Below, piece by piece: positions 53,712 through 60,165 of a DNA stretch of 60,165 nucleotides. Within the stretch, counting starts at the first letter, position 1. Each line of letters opens with the position of its first letter. The notes beneath the pieces are model-generated. The model saw nothing but the letters and a program-made list of their open reading frames with translations, ran no database searches and had not been told where the DNA came from. The stretch is from IMG/VR virus record IMGVR_UViG_3300018405_000021, positions 1 through 60,165 of that record. One strand, written 5' to 3'. The stretch comes from a virus. Its lineage: Duplodnaviria > Caudoviricetes. A program made the translations under genes and the position numbers.

Positions 53712-53807
53712 ATGACATGTGAACGAAATAAAGCCGCTGGCATCGTATTCCCCGGCCTGACGAAGCGCCGCGAGCGCGAGCGCCAGTTCTGCCTTGAGGG
53801 GTTGTGA
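53712..53807 (+). pseudogene. Displaced original 3' end of the endolysin, with its own RBS and ATG
   Basis: MTCER-NKAAGIVFPGLTKRRERERQFCLEGL duplicates DKAAGVRFPGLTKRRVKEREFCLDGLR. Confidence 0.85.
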
Positions 53808-54127
53808 TCATGGCAGCGATTTCTTCAAAGCTCAGAAGCGTCGAAGGCGGTCACCTCATGTTCTGGTGTCCCGGATGCGACGGAGCGCACATGGTCGGGG
53901 TTGGCGAGGGGAGTGGCCCAAGATGGGGCTACAATGGTAACCCCGATGCGCCAACTTTCACACCTTCCATTCTCGTGACCTATAACGGCCCCGACGCTGG
54001 CATTGATGGCGCACCACCTGCTGTTTGCCATTCATTCGTTACGGATGGGAAAATTCAGTTTCTTGGTGATTGCACTCACCCGCTCGCAGGAAAGACTGTC
54101 GATATCCCAGATTGGGAGCGGGCATAA
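53804..54127 (+). CDS. DUF6527-like protein
   Basis: FWCPGC...H...WGYNGN...PTFTPSI...CHSFVTDGKIQFLGDCTH. Confidence 0.75.
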   Translation: MIMAAISSKLRSVEGGHLMFWCPGCDGAHMVGVGEGSGPRWGYNGNPDAPTFTPSILVTYNGPDAGIDGAPPAVCHSFVTDGKIQFLGDCTHPLAGKTVDIPDWERA

Positions 54128-54501
54128 TGATCGGCCTCTTCGACTACCTCAAAGCAGGCGTCGACGCTGTCCTCGGTGGCATGATCATGTGGCTGTTCGT
54201 CATCACAATCTACGCCCCGATGATCCGGCACGAGGCAACCGCCAAGGCTGTGGCGCAGTGTGAAGCCGACAAGTCCAACATGGTCAGCCGTGCCGTTGCC
54301 GACGCTCTAGCCGCTACGCTGGCTCAGGAACGACGTTACCGCGTTGCGGCCGACGTTGCCGCATCCGAAGCCGATAAGCGCGCCAGCGAGGCGCTACGGG
54401 CGAAAGAAGAGGCCGACGCGCAGATTGAAGCGCTCAAGGCCGAAGCGAAAGACCAGCCGACATGGACGGAACAGGAAATCGAATGGCTACGCGCGCATTG
54501 A
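54127..54501 (+). CDS. i-spanin (Rz-like)
   Basis: N-terminal TM segment followed by a coiled coil; overlaps the lipoprotein gene. Confidence 0.65.
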   Translation: MIGLFDYLKAGVDAVLGGMIMWLFVITIYAPMIRHEATAKAVAQCEADKSNMVSRAVADALAATLAQERRYRVAADVAASEADKRASEALRAKEEADAQIEALKAEAKDQPTWTEQEIEWLRAH

Positions 54502-54788
54502 TCCTCATCGCCACCGTTCTGCTGGCCGGATGCAAAACGACCGACCACGCCGCCGCGCTATCTGCCGCCCGTCAGGCCGAAGCCGCCGCATCTGCAAAGA
54601 TCGATCTACCCAATCTCGACGCATCCTGCACGGCAAAGCTGGGCCGCGTCTACCCGACTACCGCAGAGGCCCGTGTGATCACGCAAAAGCGCTGGCTGTC
54701 TGTGGCTGATAACCGCGACCGGCAGGCGGATGATTGTGCCGCATGGTGGGCCGCTTTCAAAACGAACATCAACATGCAGGAACGATGA
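54483..54788 (+). CDS. o-spanin (Rz1-like lipoprotein)
   Basis: MATRALILIATVLLAGC lipobox. Confidence 0.7.
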   Translation: MATRALILIATVLLAGCKTTDHAAALSAARQAEAAASAKIDLPNLDASCTAKLGRVYPTTAEARVITQKRWLSVADNRDRQADDCAAWWAAFKTNINMQER

Positions 54789-55108
54789 CGATGACAGAAG
54801 AGCAAGCCTTTGTAGAAGCCGTGACCGAAACCAACGCCCGCGTCGAGGCGGCATTGAATGACGCGGCACTTGGCATCGTCAAACTGATCGAACTCTATGA
54901 AAAGGGTGCCGGTCTGAAATTGAAGGGCGCGACCGGATCGTTCATCGTCAAGGAACGCGCTGCATTCCGTCGTGCCATCGGCCTCATCGGTGAAGCGGAA
55001 GAAATCATCTACCCGGCGCACATCAAAGCTACGGCCATCGCGAAGGCGACCGATACCGGTTATGCTGCCCCTGACGACTACGTGACACTTCTCGGCGGTG
55101 GCCGCTGA
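54785..55108 (+). CDS. Hypothetical protein
   Basis: ATGA overlap; ends LLGGGR. Confidence 0.65.
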   Translation: MTMTEEQAFVEAVTETNARVEAALNDAALGIVKLIELYEKGAGLKLKGATGSFIVKERAAFRRAIGLIGEAEEIIYPAHIKATAIAKATDTGYAAPDDYVTLLGGGR

Positions 55109-55638
55109 TGCAGTGGTATCACCTCGCCATCCCGACAATGGCACTTCTTTCGGCTATTTTGGCTCGGAGAACGCCACGGGCGCGGCTATGGGTATCCGCC
55201 ATCATCGCGGCATGGATTGCGCCTGTGGCCTATCTCTATGCCGGTCGCCCCGACTTTCTGCCATGGTATCCGCCGCAGCCTGGAATTTCCTTCCTCTGCG
55301 ACGGCGCTGTGTACTGCCTCATCATCCATCTGCATCAAGAGCAATGGGAGCGATGGGGCCTCGGCTCCATCTTCATGGCGTCAGCTACAGTCGGTCTCAT
55401 TCAGTGCTTCGGTGTCATGACGGGCTACCCGCCACCGCTGGCCGGCCATTCATACGGTCTTGTTCTCGATGCGCTCAATGTCGCGGCGCTCATTCTCATC
55501 GGCGGCATAGGCATCGCAGACAGGCTTAAGGATGGCAGACGTGATCTTTCTGATTTTTATCAGCGTCATTTGGATCGCGCTCTCCGCTTTGCCCACGCGA
55601 AGACGCATGCCCCGAAACCGTTCCGAAAGGTCTGGTAA
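55108..55638 (+). CDS. Multi-pass membrane protein
   Basis: Four to five hydrophobic segments. Confidence 0.7.
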   Translation: MQWYHLAIPTMALLSAILARRTPRARLWVSAIIAAWIAPVAYLYAGRPDFLPWYPPQPGISFLCDGAVYCLIIHLHQEQWERWGLGSIFMASATVGLIQCFGVMTGYPPPLAGHSYGLVLDALNVAALILIGGIGIADRLKDGRRDLSDFYQRHLDRALRFAHAKTHAPKPFRKVW

Positions 55639-55922
55639 TGGAGACGCCTAGCAACCCTGAAAACTATCGATACGTCGGGGCTGCGCTTGGTGCCATTTCC
55701 GGCCTGATGTTCGTCCGGCCTAAGTCCATCATGGACGCGGTTATCCGACTGGTTTTCTCGTTTGTCGCAGGGGCCGTCCTGTATGTCGTGTTGCACGAAT
55801 ATATGGGATGGCCGCGCGATCCTGATCACATCGTAGCCGCCGCATGGGTGGTTGGCTTTGCAAGCTGGCCGCTGGCCGGAACCGCGCTATCCGCGATTAA
55901 ATCCCGCATGGGAAAGGAATGA
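55638..55922 (+). CDS. Holin-like membrane protein (DUF6107-like)
   Basis: GAALGAISGLMFVRPKS...AVIRLVFSFVAG...GFASW. Confidence 0.6.
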   Translation: METPSNPENYRYVGAALGAISGLMFVRPKSIMDAVIRLVFSFVAGAVLYVVLHEYMGWPRDPDHIVAAAWVVGFASWPLAGTALSAIKSRMGKE

Positions 55923-56106
55923 ACTATGGTGAGGGCTGGTGTACGCTGCATGTTCGCGCGACTGCTGAGATGGCAGGCAGTGTGACACTCAAGGTTTTGC
56001 GGTCGTTCATTCGTCGGCGCGTTCCGGTCGGCTAACCCCACCACTTCACCAAGGCCGCCGCCGCAATCAAAATGATGGGGTGCAGTTCTTTGCACTTTTT
56101 GCAAAC

Positions 56107-56143
56107 AAAAGGCCCGCTGGAGCGATCCGGCGGGCCTCTTTTT
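56107..56143. terminator. Bidirectional terminator between late and early operons
   Basis: AAA-AGGCCCGCTGGA-GCGA-TCCGGCGGGCCT-CTTTTT. Confidence 0.88.
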
Positions 56144-56165
56144 GCGTTTATGGGGGCGATGTACG

Positions 56166-56345
56166 CTACGCCTTCAACCCCGCAGCCCTCGCTTTAGCGA
56201 ACAGTTCCGCATCGCTCTTGCATGCAAAATATGCGCATGTCCTGAGCCGATCCGTGACACGGAATTGCATCCGCGCGCCGTCGAGATATTCAGGCTGTCC
56301 GTAGTCTACGACGATTATCCCGCCTGGGTATTCTTTCTCGGTCAT
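56166..56345 (-). CDS. Hypothetical protein, 59 aa
   Basis: MTEKEYPGG...; ATGA overlap; ends before the terminator. Confidence 0.55.
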   Translation of the reverse strand: MTEKEYPGGIIVVDYGQPEYLDGARMQFRVTDRLRTCAYFACKSDAELFAKARAAGLKA

Positions 56346-56641
56346 TTCGCATCCTTTCCCGCGCTGATCGCTTCGGCAGCAAATTCTTGCAGCTCGGCAA
56401 TGTGATCGCCGGCTGAAAGGAGGCCACGTTCGCGCTTTCCATCATCGTTCGCGATATGCTCAAGCGCCTTACGCATCCGCCTAATCTCAGCTTCATAGGC
56501 TTTTTTTGCCCTCTCGCACCGCCCCCGCTCTGCCATGATGGCGCGGGTGATGATCTTCACGGCCTGAGCAGTACCACGTCCTATCGCCAATAGATGAGCG
56601 TCGTACGCCTCTTTCATCACGTCTTCCGGTATCTTGGTCAT
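56342..56641 (-). CDS. Hypothetical protein
   Basis: MTKIPEDVM; ATGA overlaps. Confidence 0.65.
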   Translation of the reverse strand: MTKIPEDVMKEAYDAHLLAIGRGTAQAVKIITRAIMAERGRCERAKKAYEAEIRRMRKALEHIANDDGKRERGLLSAGDHIAELQEFAAEAISAGKDAK

Positions 56642-56892
56642 GGTGCAATCTTCATCTTTCTGATGGCGGAGGAAGCGTTGCGGTAGCAAGCACTTGCAAT
56701 ATCGCCTCTTCCTTGGCGCGACCGTTCATCCATTTCTTCCGCCGCCATTTCAAGCGCATCTATCTTTGCTTGGCGTATCGCATAAATGGCAATGTATTCT
56801 GCGTGAATGCGCATGTCAGAAGTTGGCGTGACCCCGCACATGTCGCACGCTTCCTTGGCCAACGCCTCATTACTCTTCCGTTTTCGCGTCAT
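56638..56892 (-). CDS. Hypothetical protein
   Basis: ATGA overlaps. Confidence 0.65.
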   Translation of the reverse strand: MTRKRKSNEALAKEACDMCGVTPTSDMRIHAEYIAIYAIRQAKIDALEMAAEEMDERSRQGRGDIASACYRNASSAIRKMKIAP

Positions 56893-57461
56893 GGTGCATC
56901 GTCCTTCAATGCTCGGATGGATGGAGGATCAGGGATAGGGAACCAGTGTGTTACGCGACGGTATGGGTCCATGTCCCAATCGCGCCATGTGGAAAGCCCG
57001 TTGTATTCCTTCCAACGAAGGATAAGCGGTTCGTCGTACTCATCTGTTGAGGCTAAGATGGGCGTCCCATTCTTCGGTGCCGTCTCTATTGGTTGCCAGC
57101 CAATCTCATCCAGTGCCTTGCCGCGCGTCTCTGCCAATTGCTGGCGTAGGGTGGCGTTCTCGGCCTGCAAGCGCTCGATCTCGCCGTCCTTTGCCACAAG
57201 GTTAGCGCATGCTTCATCCGTTCCGCATTCGCATCGTGACATGGCAAAGGCTGCGTCACGCTCTTTCGTTAGGCCATCGATCTCGGCCATTGCTTCGTCG
57301 TGGCGGCAGAGAGCCTGCACGTCCCTGACATCTGAACCATAATGTTTCGTCGGAGGATTTGCGCCGCCATCGGGCCGGTTCAGGACAATGCCCCGCCCCC
57401 AAACCTCAGCGAAATCGTGAAACTCGTAGGACCACGCCACGATCTTGAGTTCTTCAGTCAT
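56889..57461 (-). CDS. Hypothetical protein with DUF551-like C-terminus
   Basis: WQPIETAPKNGTPIL...VTHWFPIPDPP. Confidence 0.75.
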   Translation of the reverse strand: MTEELKIVAWSYEFHDFAEVWGRGIVLNRPDGGANPPTKHYGSDVRDVQALCRHDEAMAEIDGLTKERDAAFAMSRCECGTDEACANLVAKDGEIERLQAENATLRQQLAETRGKALDEIGWQPIETAPKNGTPILASTDEYDEPLILRWKEYNGLSTWRDWDMDPYRRVTHWFPIPDPPSIRALKDDAP

Positions 57462-58143
57462 GGCGTGGGACCTCCGGTGCGGCGGCGAGCATGGCTTTCC
57501 ATGCGTGATCAACGAACGGGCCATTCACCGTTGGGTGAAAACCTGCCTCTAGCATGTCGAGCGTCGGCTCCACCGGCACCAACTGCCACCCTTTGGGGAC
57601 GGCTTTCGCGGCAGGCTCCGGCACCCGCTGAGAAGATTCGCCGCTGAACTCTTCGATAAGATCGTCGCACGCCTGCCGGTATTCGCTGCCCGGCAAGCTG
57701 TCCTGCCCGTAGTCCTCGATCTTCGCGATGATCTGTTCGACCGTGAAGACGGCAGGTTCCGGCGACGTGTTAAGGGCCGACACTGATAGCGCCTCAAGCC
57801 GCGTCAACTCGGCATCCACGTCATCGTCGAGATTGCCGTATTTGATACGAGCAAGCGCGCAGGCCGTTGCCAGTCCGCCAGCCAAACCCTTCACGCTCAC
57901 AGCAGGCGCGGGAGGGGCGGCGTAGAGCGGCGTCCCGACAGGCAGGTGATTGATAGCGTCAAGAGGGTATGGGGCAAGCATCCGGTAGCCGCCGGCGCCG
58001 ATCTCTGCCACGGTGCAAGCCGGCTCCGCATCGGACGCCGACAGCGCGGCCTCAAGGGCGGCGCGCATAGCAGCCGGGCGGCATTTGCCGTCGATACCGG
58101 CGTAAGCCTTGGTGGCAGCGATCATCTGCTCATCAGTTACCAT
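57454..58143 (-). CDS. Mosaic Eaa-like hypothetical protein
   Basis: GGAG RBS; MVTDEQM...AMRAALEAAL...GTPLYAAPP...VPKGWQLVPVEPT...WKAMLAAAP. Confidence 0.75.
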   Translation of the reverse strand: MVTDEQMIAATKAYAGIDGKCRPAAMRAALEAALSASDAEPACTVAEIGAGGYRMLAPYPLDAINHLPVGTPLYAAPPAPAVSVKGLAGGLATACALARIKYGNLDDDVDAELTRLEALSVSALNTSPEPAVFTVEQIIAKIEDYGQDSLPGSEYRQACDDLIEEFSGESSQRVPEPAAKAVPKGWQLVPVEPTLDMLEAGFHPTVNGPFVDHAWKAMLAAAPEVPRHD

Positions 58144-58585
58144 GTGTGTCTCCTTTGAGGGCGGCGCGGGCACGAAACCCGCAGCATACATTGTCCTTGT
58201 CTTCGTTGCCTTCTTTGCATTCGCATAGCGCTGGGCCATGGCAATCATAGAACTCCAGCGCCTCCCGCATCCGTTCATTCTCCGCTTTAAGCCGGTCGAT
58301 CTCGGCAAGGACGGCGGCCATGGCGACGGGGTTGCAGGAGGCAACCAAGGCAGCATTTGCATCCTGCATTCTGGCGGCGTCTTCGCGGATCATGCCGAGT
58401 GCGCCATGTCCGTTACCTGTCAAGTACCCCCATCCGCGAACGTCAAACAGTTTGGCAAGCCCACCAATCTTTTGGTTCTCGCACCCAATTCCAGAGGCGC
58501 TGTAGCCAACTCTCCATTCCCCCGGCGTCGGCCCCGCCTCAAGAGCCTTGCGGATGGCGGCGATGTGTTCTGCTGTGGTAATCAT
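58133..58585 (-). CDS. Ead/Ea22-like protein
   Basis: TPGEW...DANAALVASCNPVAMAAVLAEIDRL. Confidence 0.75.
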   Translation of the reverse strand: MITTAEHIAAIRKALEAGPTPGEWRVGYSASGIGCENQKIGGLAKLFDVRGWGYLTGNGHGALGMIREDAARMQDANAALVASCNPVAMAAVLAEIDRLKAENERMREALEFYDCHGPALCECKEGNEDKDNVCCGFRARAALKGDTHGN

Positions 58586-58983
58586 AGCTTATCCTCTGCA
58601 ATTGCAGTGATCTTCCGGGCCTCACATCCCGCCTCTATGCACGCCTTGGCTGCGAGTGACGGCAGTAGAACCCTGATCCGCTCAAGTTCGGCGGCGATAG
58701 CGTTCAGAGCATCAACCCGCTCTAATTGGCCTTGCTCTTCGTATCGTGCGGCCATTTCTGCGCGAATGGCTTTCGCCGCTTCGATGTCTTCCGACTTTGC
58801 TTCCCTCGCCCACGATCCGTCTCGTGCCGAAATTGAGATGGCCTCAACTCTACGTCTCCAAAGCAGAGGAATGTTGTTGGCCTTCCCGACGGCGCCGTAT
58901 TCGCCGCTGTCGGTCAATTTTTGAATGCGCCGGATCAGTGACGAAAGCTCAACAATCGCGCTTATCTTCGTCGTTTCGCTCAT
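58582..58983 (-). CDS. Hypothetical protein
   Basis: ATGA overlaps. Confidence 0.65.
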   Translation of the reverse strand: MSETTKISAIVELSSLIRRIQKLTDSGEYGAVGKANNIPLLWRRRVEAISISARDGSWAREAKSEDIEAAKAIRAEMAARYEEQGQLERVDALNAIAAELERIRVLLPSLAAKACIEAGCEARKITAIAEDKL

Positions 58984-59531
58984 ACCTTCCCCTCCGCTTG
59001 CTTTGCCCGAAGGATGGCGATCACGAGGGCGATGGGAAGAGACGCATGTTCGGCATGAGTGTCCTCGCCAACTATGGGGTTTAATTCATCGTCTTCGTCA
59101 CTCTGATTTCCCCGCGCCTCAGACCACAGGTCAGCCGTGGCAATAGATGTTCCACTGCCAATCCCGAGAAGGCCTCCCCACCCCGGCAGAACGCGCTCGG
59201 CAAGCGCTACAGCGGCGTCGATGGACTTTGTGAATTCCTCAACCCTAATGCTATTCATCAGGACGTAAGCGCCATCGCGATAAATGACGAGCGTTTCGCC
59301 TTTGATCTGTTTCCGTGTTGCTGAGAACCATTCTCGATCTTTGCCGGGGAAGCGGATGCCAAGGTTCCACGATGGCTGGTCGTCAAGCCGAATATAGCCG
59401 ATAGGGCCACCGTCTGCCTGATGTTGCCCTACAGGAGATGCGAACATATCGAACATGATCTCCGCATCCAGTTCGCGATCGGGCGCAGTGGCGGCTTCCA
59501 GCCTTGCAATGAGCGTGGTGAGGTCGGTCAT
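58980..59531 (-). CDS. Hypothetical phage protein
   Basis: LIARLEAATAPDRELDAEI...FTKSIDAAVALAERVLPGW...PIALVIAILRA. Confidence 0.75.
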   Translation of the reverse strand: MTDLTTLIARLEAATAPDRELDAEIMFDMFASPVGQHQADGGPIGYIRLDDQPSWNLGIRFPGKDREWFSATRKQIKGETLVIYRDGAYVLMNSIRVEEFTKSIDAAVALAERVLPGWGGLLGIGSGTSIATADLWSEARGNQSDEDDELNPIVGEDTHAEHASLPIALVIAILRAKQAEGKV

Positions 59532-59842
59532 GCTTCCACCCCGTAAATCCTGCGGTGCGCGTCGATCAGCGCCGTTTCCTTGTCAGAAAACAGAGGCTGA
59601 GAAACATCGGCGCCGATGAGAGAGTTAAGGCTGCACTGGAGCGCGTCACAAAGAGCCAGGATCATCCACAGCGTTGGGTTCTTAGACTGCCTATGCTCCA
59701 GTGCCCACAGATGCGCTTTCGAGCATCCTGCGCGCCTTGCTATGTCCTCAAGTGATAGGCCAAGCTCATGGCGCCGGACATGAATGTATGTCGCCATGTG
59801 GGCCGTGATTGTTGGCTGACGGTCTGAACGGCTCGCGGTCAT
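59528..59842 (-). CDS. XRE-family HTH regulator
   Basis: RRHELGLSLEDIARRAGCSKAHLWALE...NPTL...LCDAL. Confidence 0.85.
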   Translation of the reverse strand: MTASRSDRQPTITAHMATYIHVRRHELGLSLEDIARRAGCSKAHLWALEHRQSKNPTLWMILALCDALQCSLNSLIGADVSQPLFSDKETALIDAHRRIYGVEA

Positions 59843-60105
59843 TCTGCCCCGCCTTTCCGTGCCTTGAGCATGGCGTCGGCAACCTGATAAGACCGGCCTG
59901 CAATCTCATGAGGACCATAGCTGATGCCGGATGTGCCTGAGAATGCGGCCATGCCTGATGCGATCTGTGCTGCGAAATAATCGCGAATGCTGATGCCACC
60001 AGTCGCGCATGTATAGGCGTCAATAACGTCGCCGTGACCGTCTCTCTCTCCGGCGATAACATCGAATTGCGGAAATGCGAACCCACCGTTTTCAATCTTG
60101 CTCAT
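59839..60105 (-). CDS. Hypothetical phage protein (GGxAFP...RDYFAA...ADAML family)
   Basis: Motif pattern common in phage early genes. Confidence 0.8.
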   Translation of the reverse strand: MSKIENGGFAFPQFDVIAGERDGHGDVIDAYTCATGGISIRDYFAAQIASGMAAFSGTSGISYGPHEIAGRSYQVADAMLKARKGGAE

Positions 60106-60165
60106 TTCCGTTCCTCCCGCAGCATTTCGCGCCGAGCGTCGGCGGCATCTTCAACGGCGCTCTGA
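60102..60165 (-). CDS. 3' part of the junction-spanning gene begun at 281
   Basis: SAVEDAADARREMLREERK*, with ATGA overlap into the 60105 gene. Confidence 0.75.
   Translation of the reverse strand, partial: QSAVEDAADARREMLREERK

Larger units (their letters stand above)
1..60165. mobile_element. Complete circularly permuted myovirus-type phage genome, probable Rhizobiales host
   Basis: Full set of packaging, head, sheath/tube, baseplate, lysis, replication and recombination genes, with no host housekeeping genes. The last 6 nt (CTCTGA) equal the first 6 nt, and a minus-strand ORF runs in frame across the junction. Confidence 0.9.

Noticed and set aside
53052-53726. Group I intron in the endolysin
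   Set aside because: The upstream gene is already complete, the HNH is antisense, and no P/Q/R/S core was recognised.
55923-56100. Possible small RNA or 38-aa ORF before the bidirectional terminator
   Set aside because: Only one modest stem (GGTGAGG/CTTCACC) and no recognisable motif; insufficient support.
59528-59842. XRE protein as the immunity repressor
   Set aside because: Lies mid-operon with ATGA overlaps, has no peptidase domain and no own promoter was seen; not formally excluded.

Overview
The window appears to be a complete, circularly permuted ~60.2-kb tailed phage genome. A gene reads in frame across the end/start junction. It is a contractile-tail (myovirus-type) phage, most likely infecting Rhizobiales, judged from the SSB, Cro-like and DUF6107-like proteins. 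Layout: (1) leftward early operon (about 9.7 kb down to 1, continuing 60.2 down to 56.2 kb) with RecT/Bet, SSB, Gp37/68, two RHH regulators and many small ORFs; (2) a divergent switch region with four shared operator-like boxes but no recognisable CI repressor, and no integrase anywhere; (3) rightward replication/modification operon with RuvC-like nuclease, SNF2-like helicase, DnaB and three DNA methyltransferases; (4) late regulator followed by a ~770-nt densely base-paired non-coding region; (5) packaging, head, tail and baseplate genes, then lysis genes. Most notable observations: a candidate large multi-pseudoknot ncRNA with CCA-ending hairpin units; HNH cassettes that insert inside genes and supply a recoded replacement gene end (endolysin C-terminus, methyltransferase N-terminus); a dual-coding C5 methyltransferase with motif IX in the +1 frame; a Nudix/cargo/protease/scaffold head polyprotein punctuated by A-x-D motifs; an Ala-starting class 3-type intein in TerL; and a tail tube gene apparently starting at ATT behind an AP2-domain relic. 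All family assignments come from motif recognition by eye, not from database searches.
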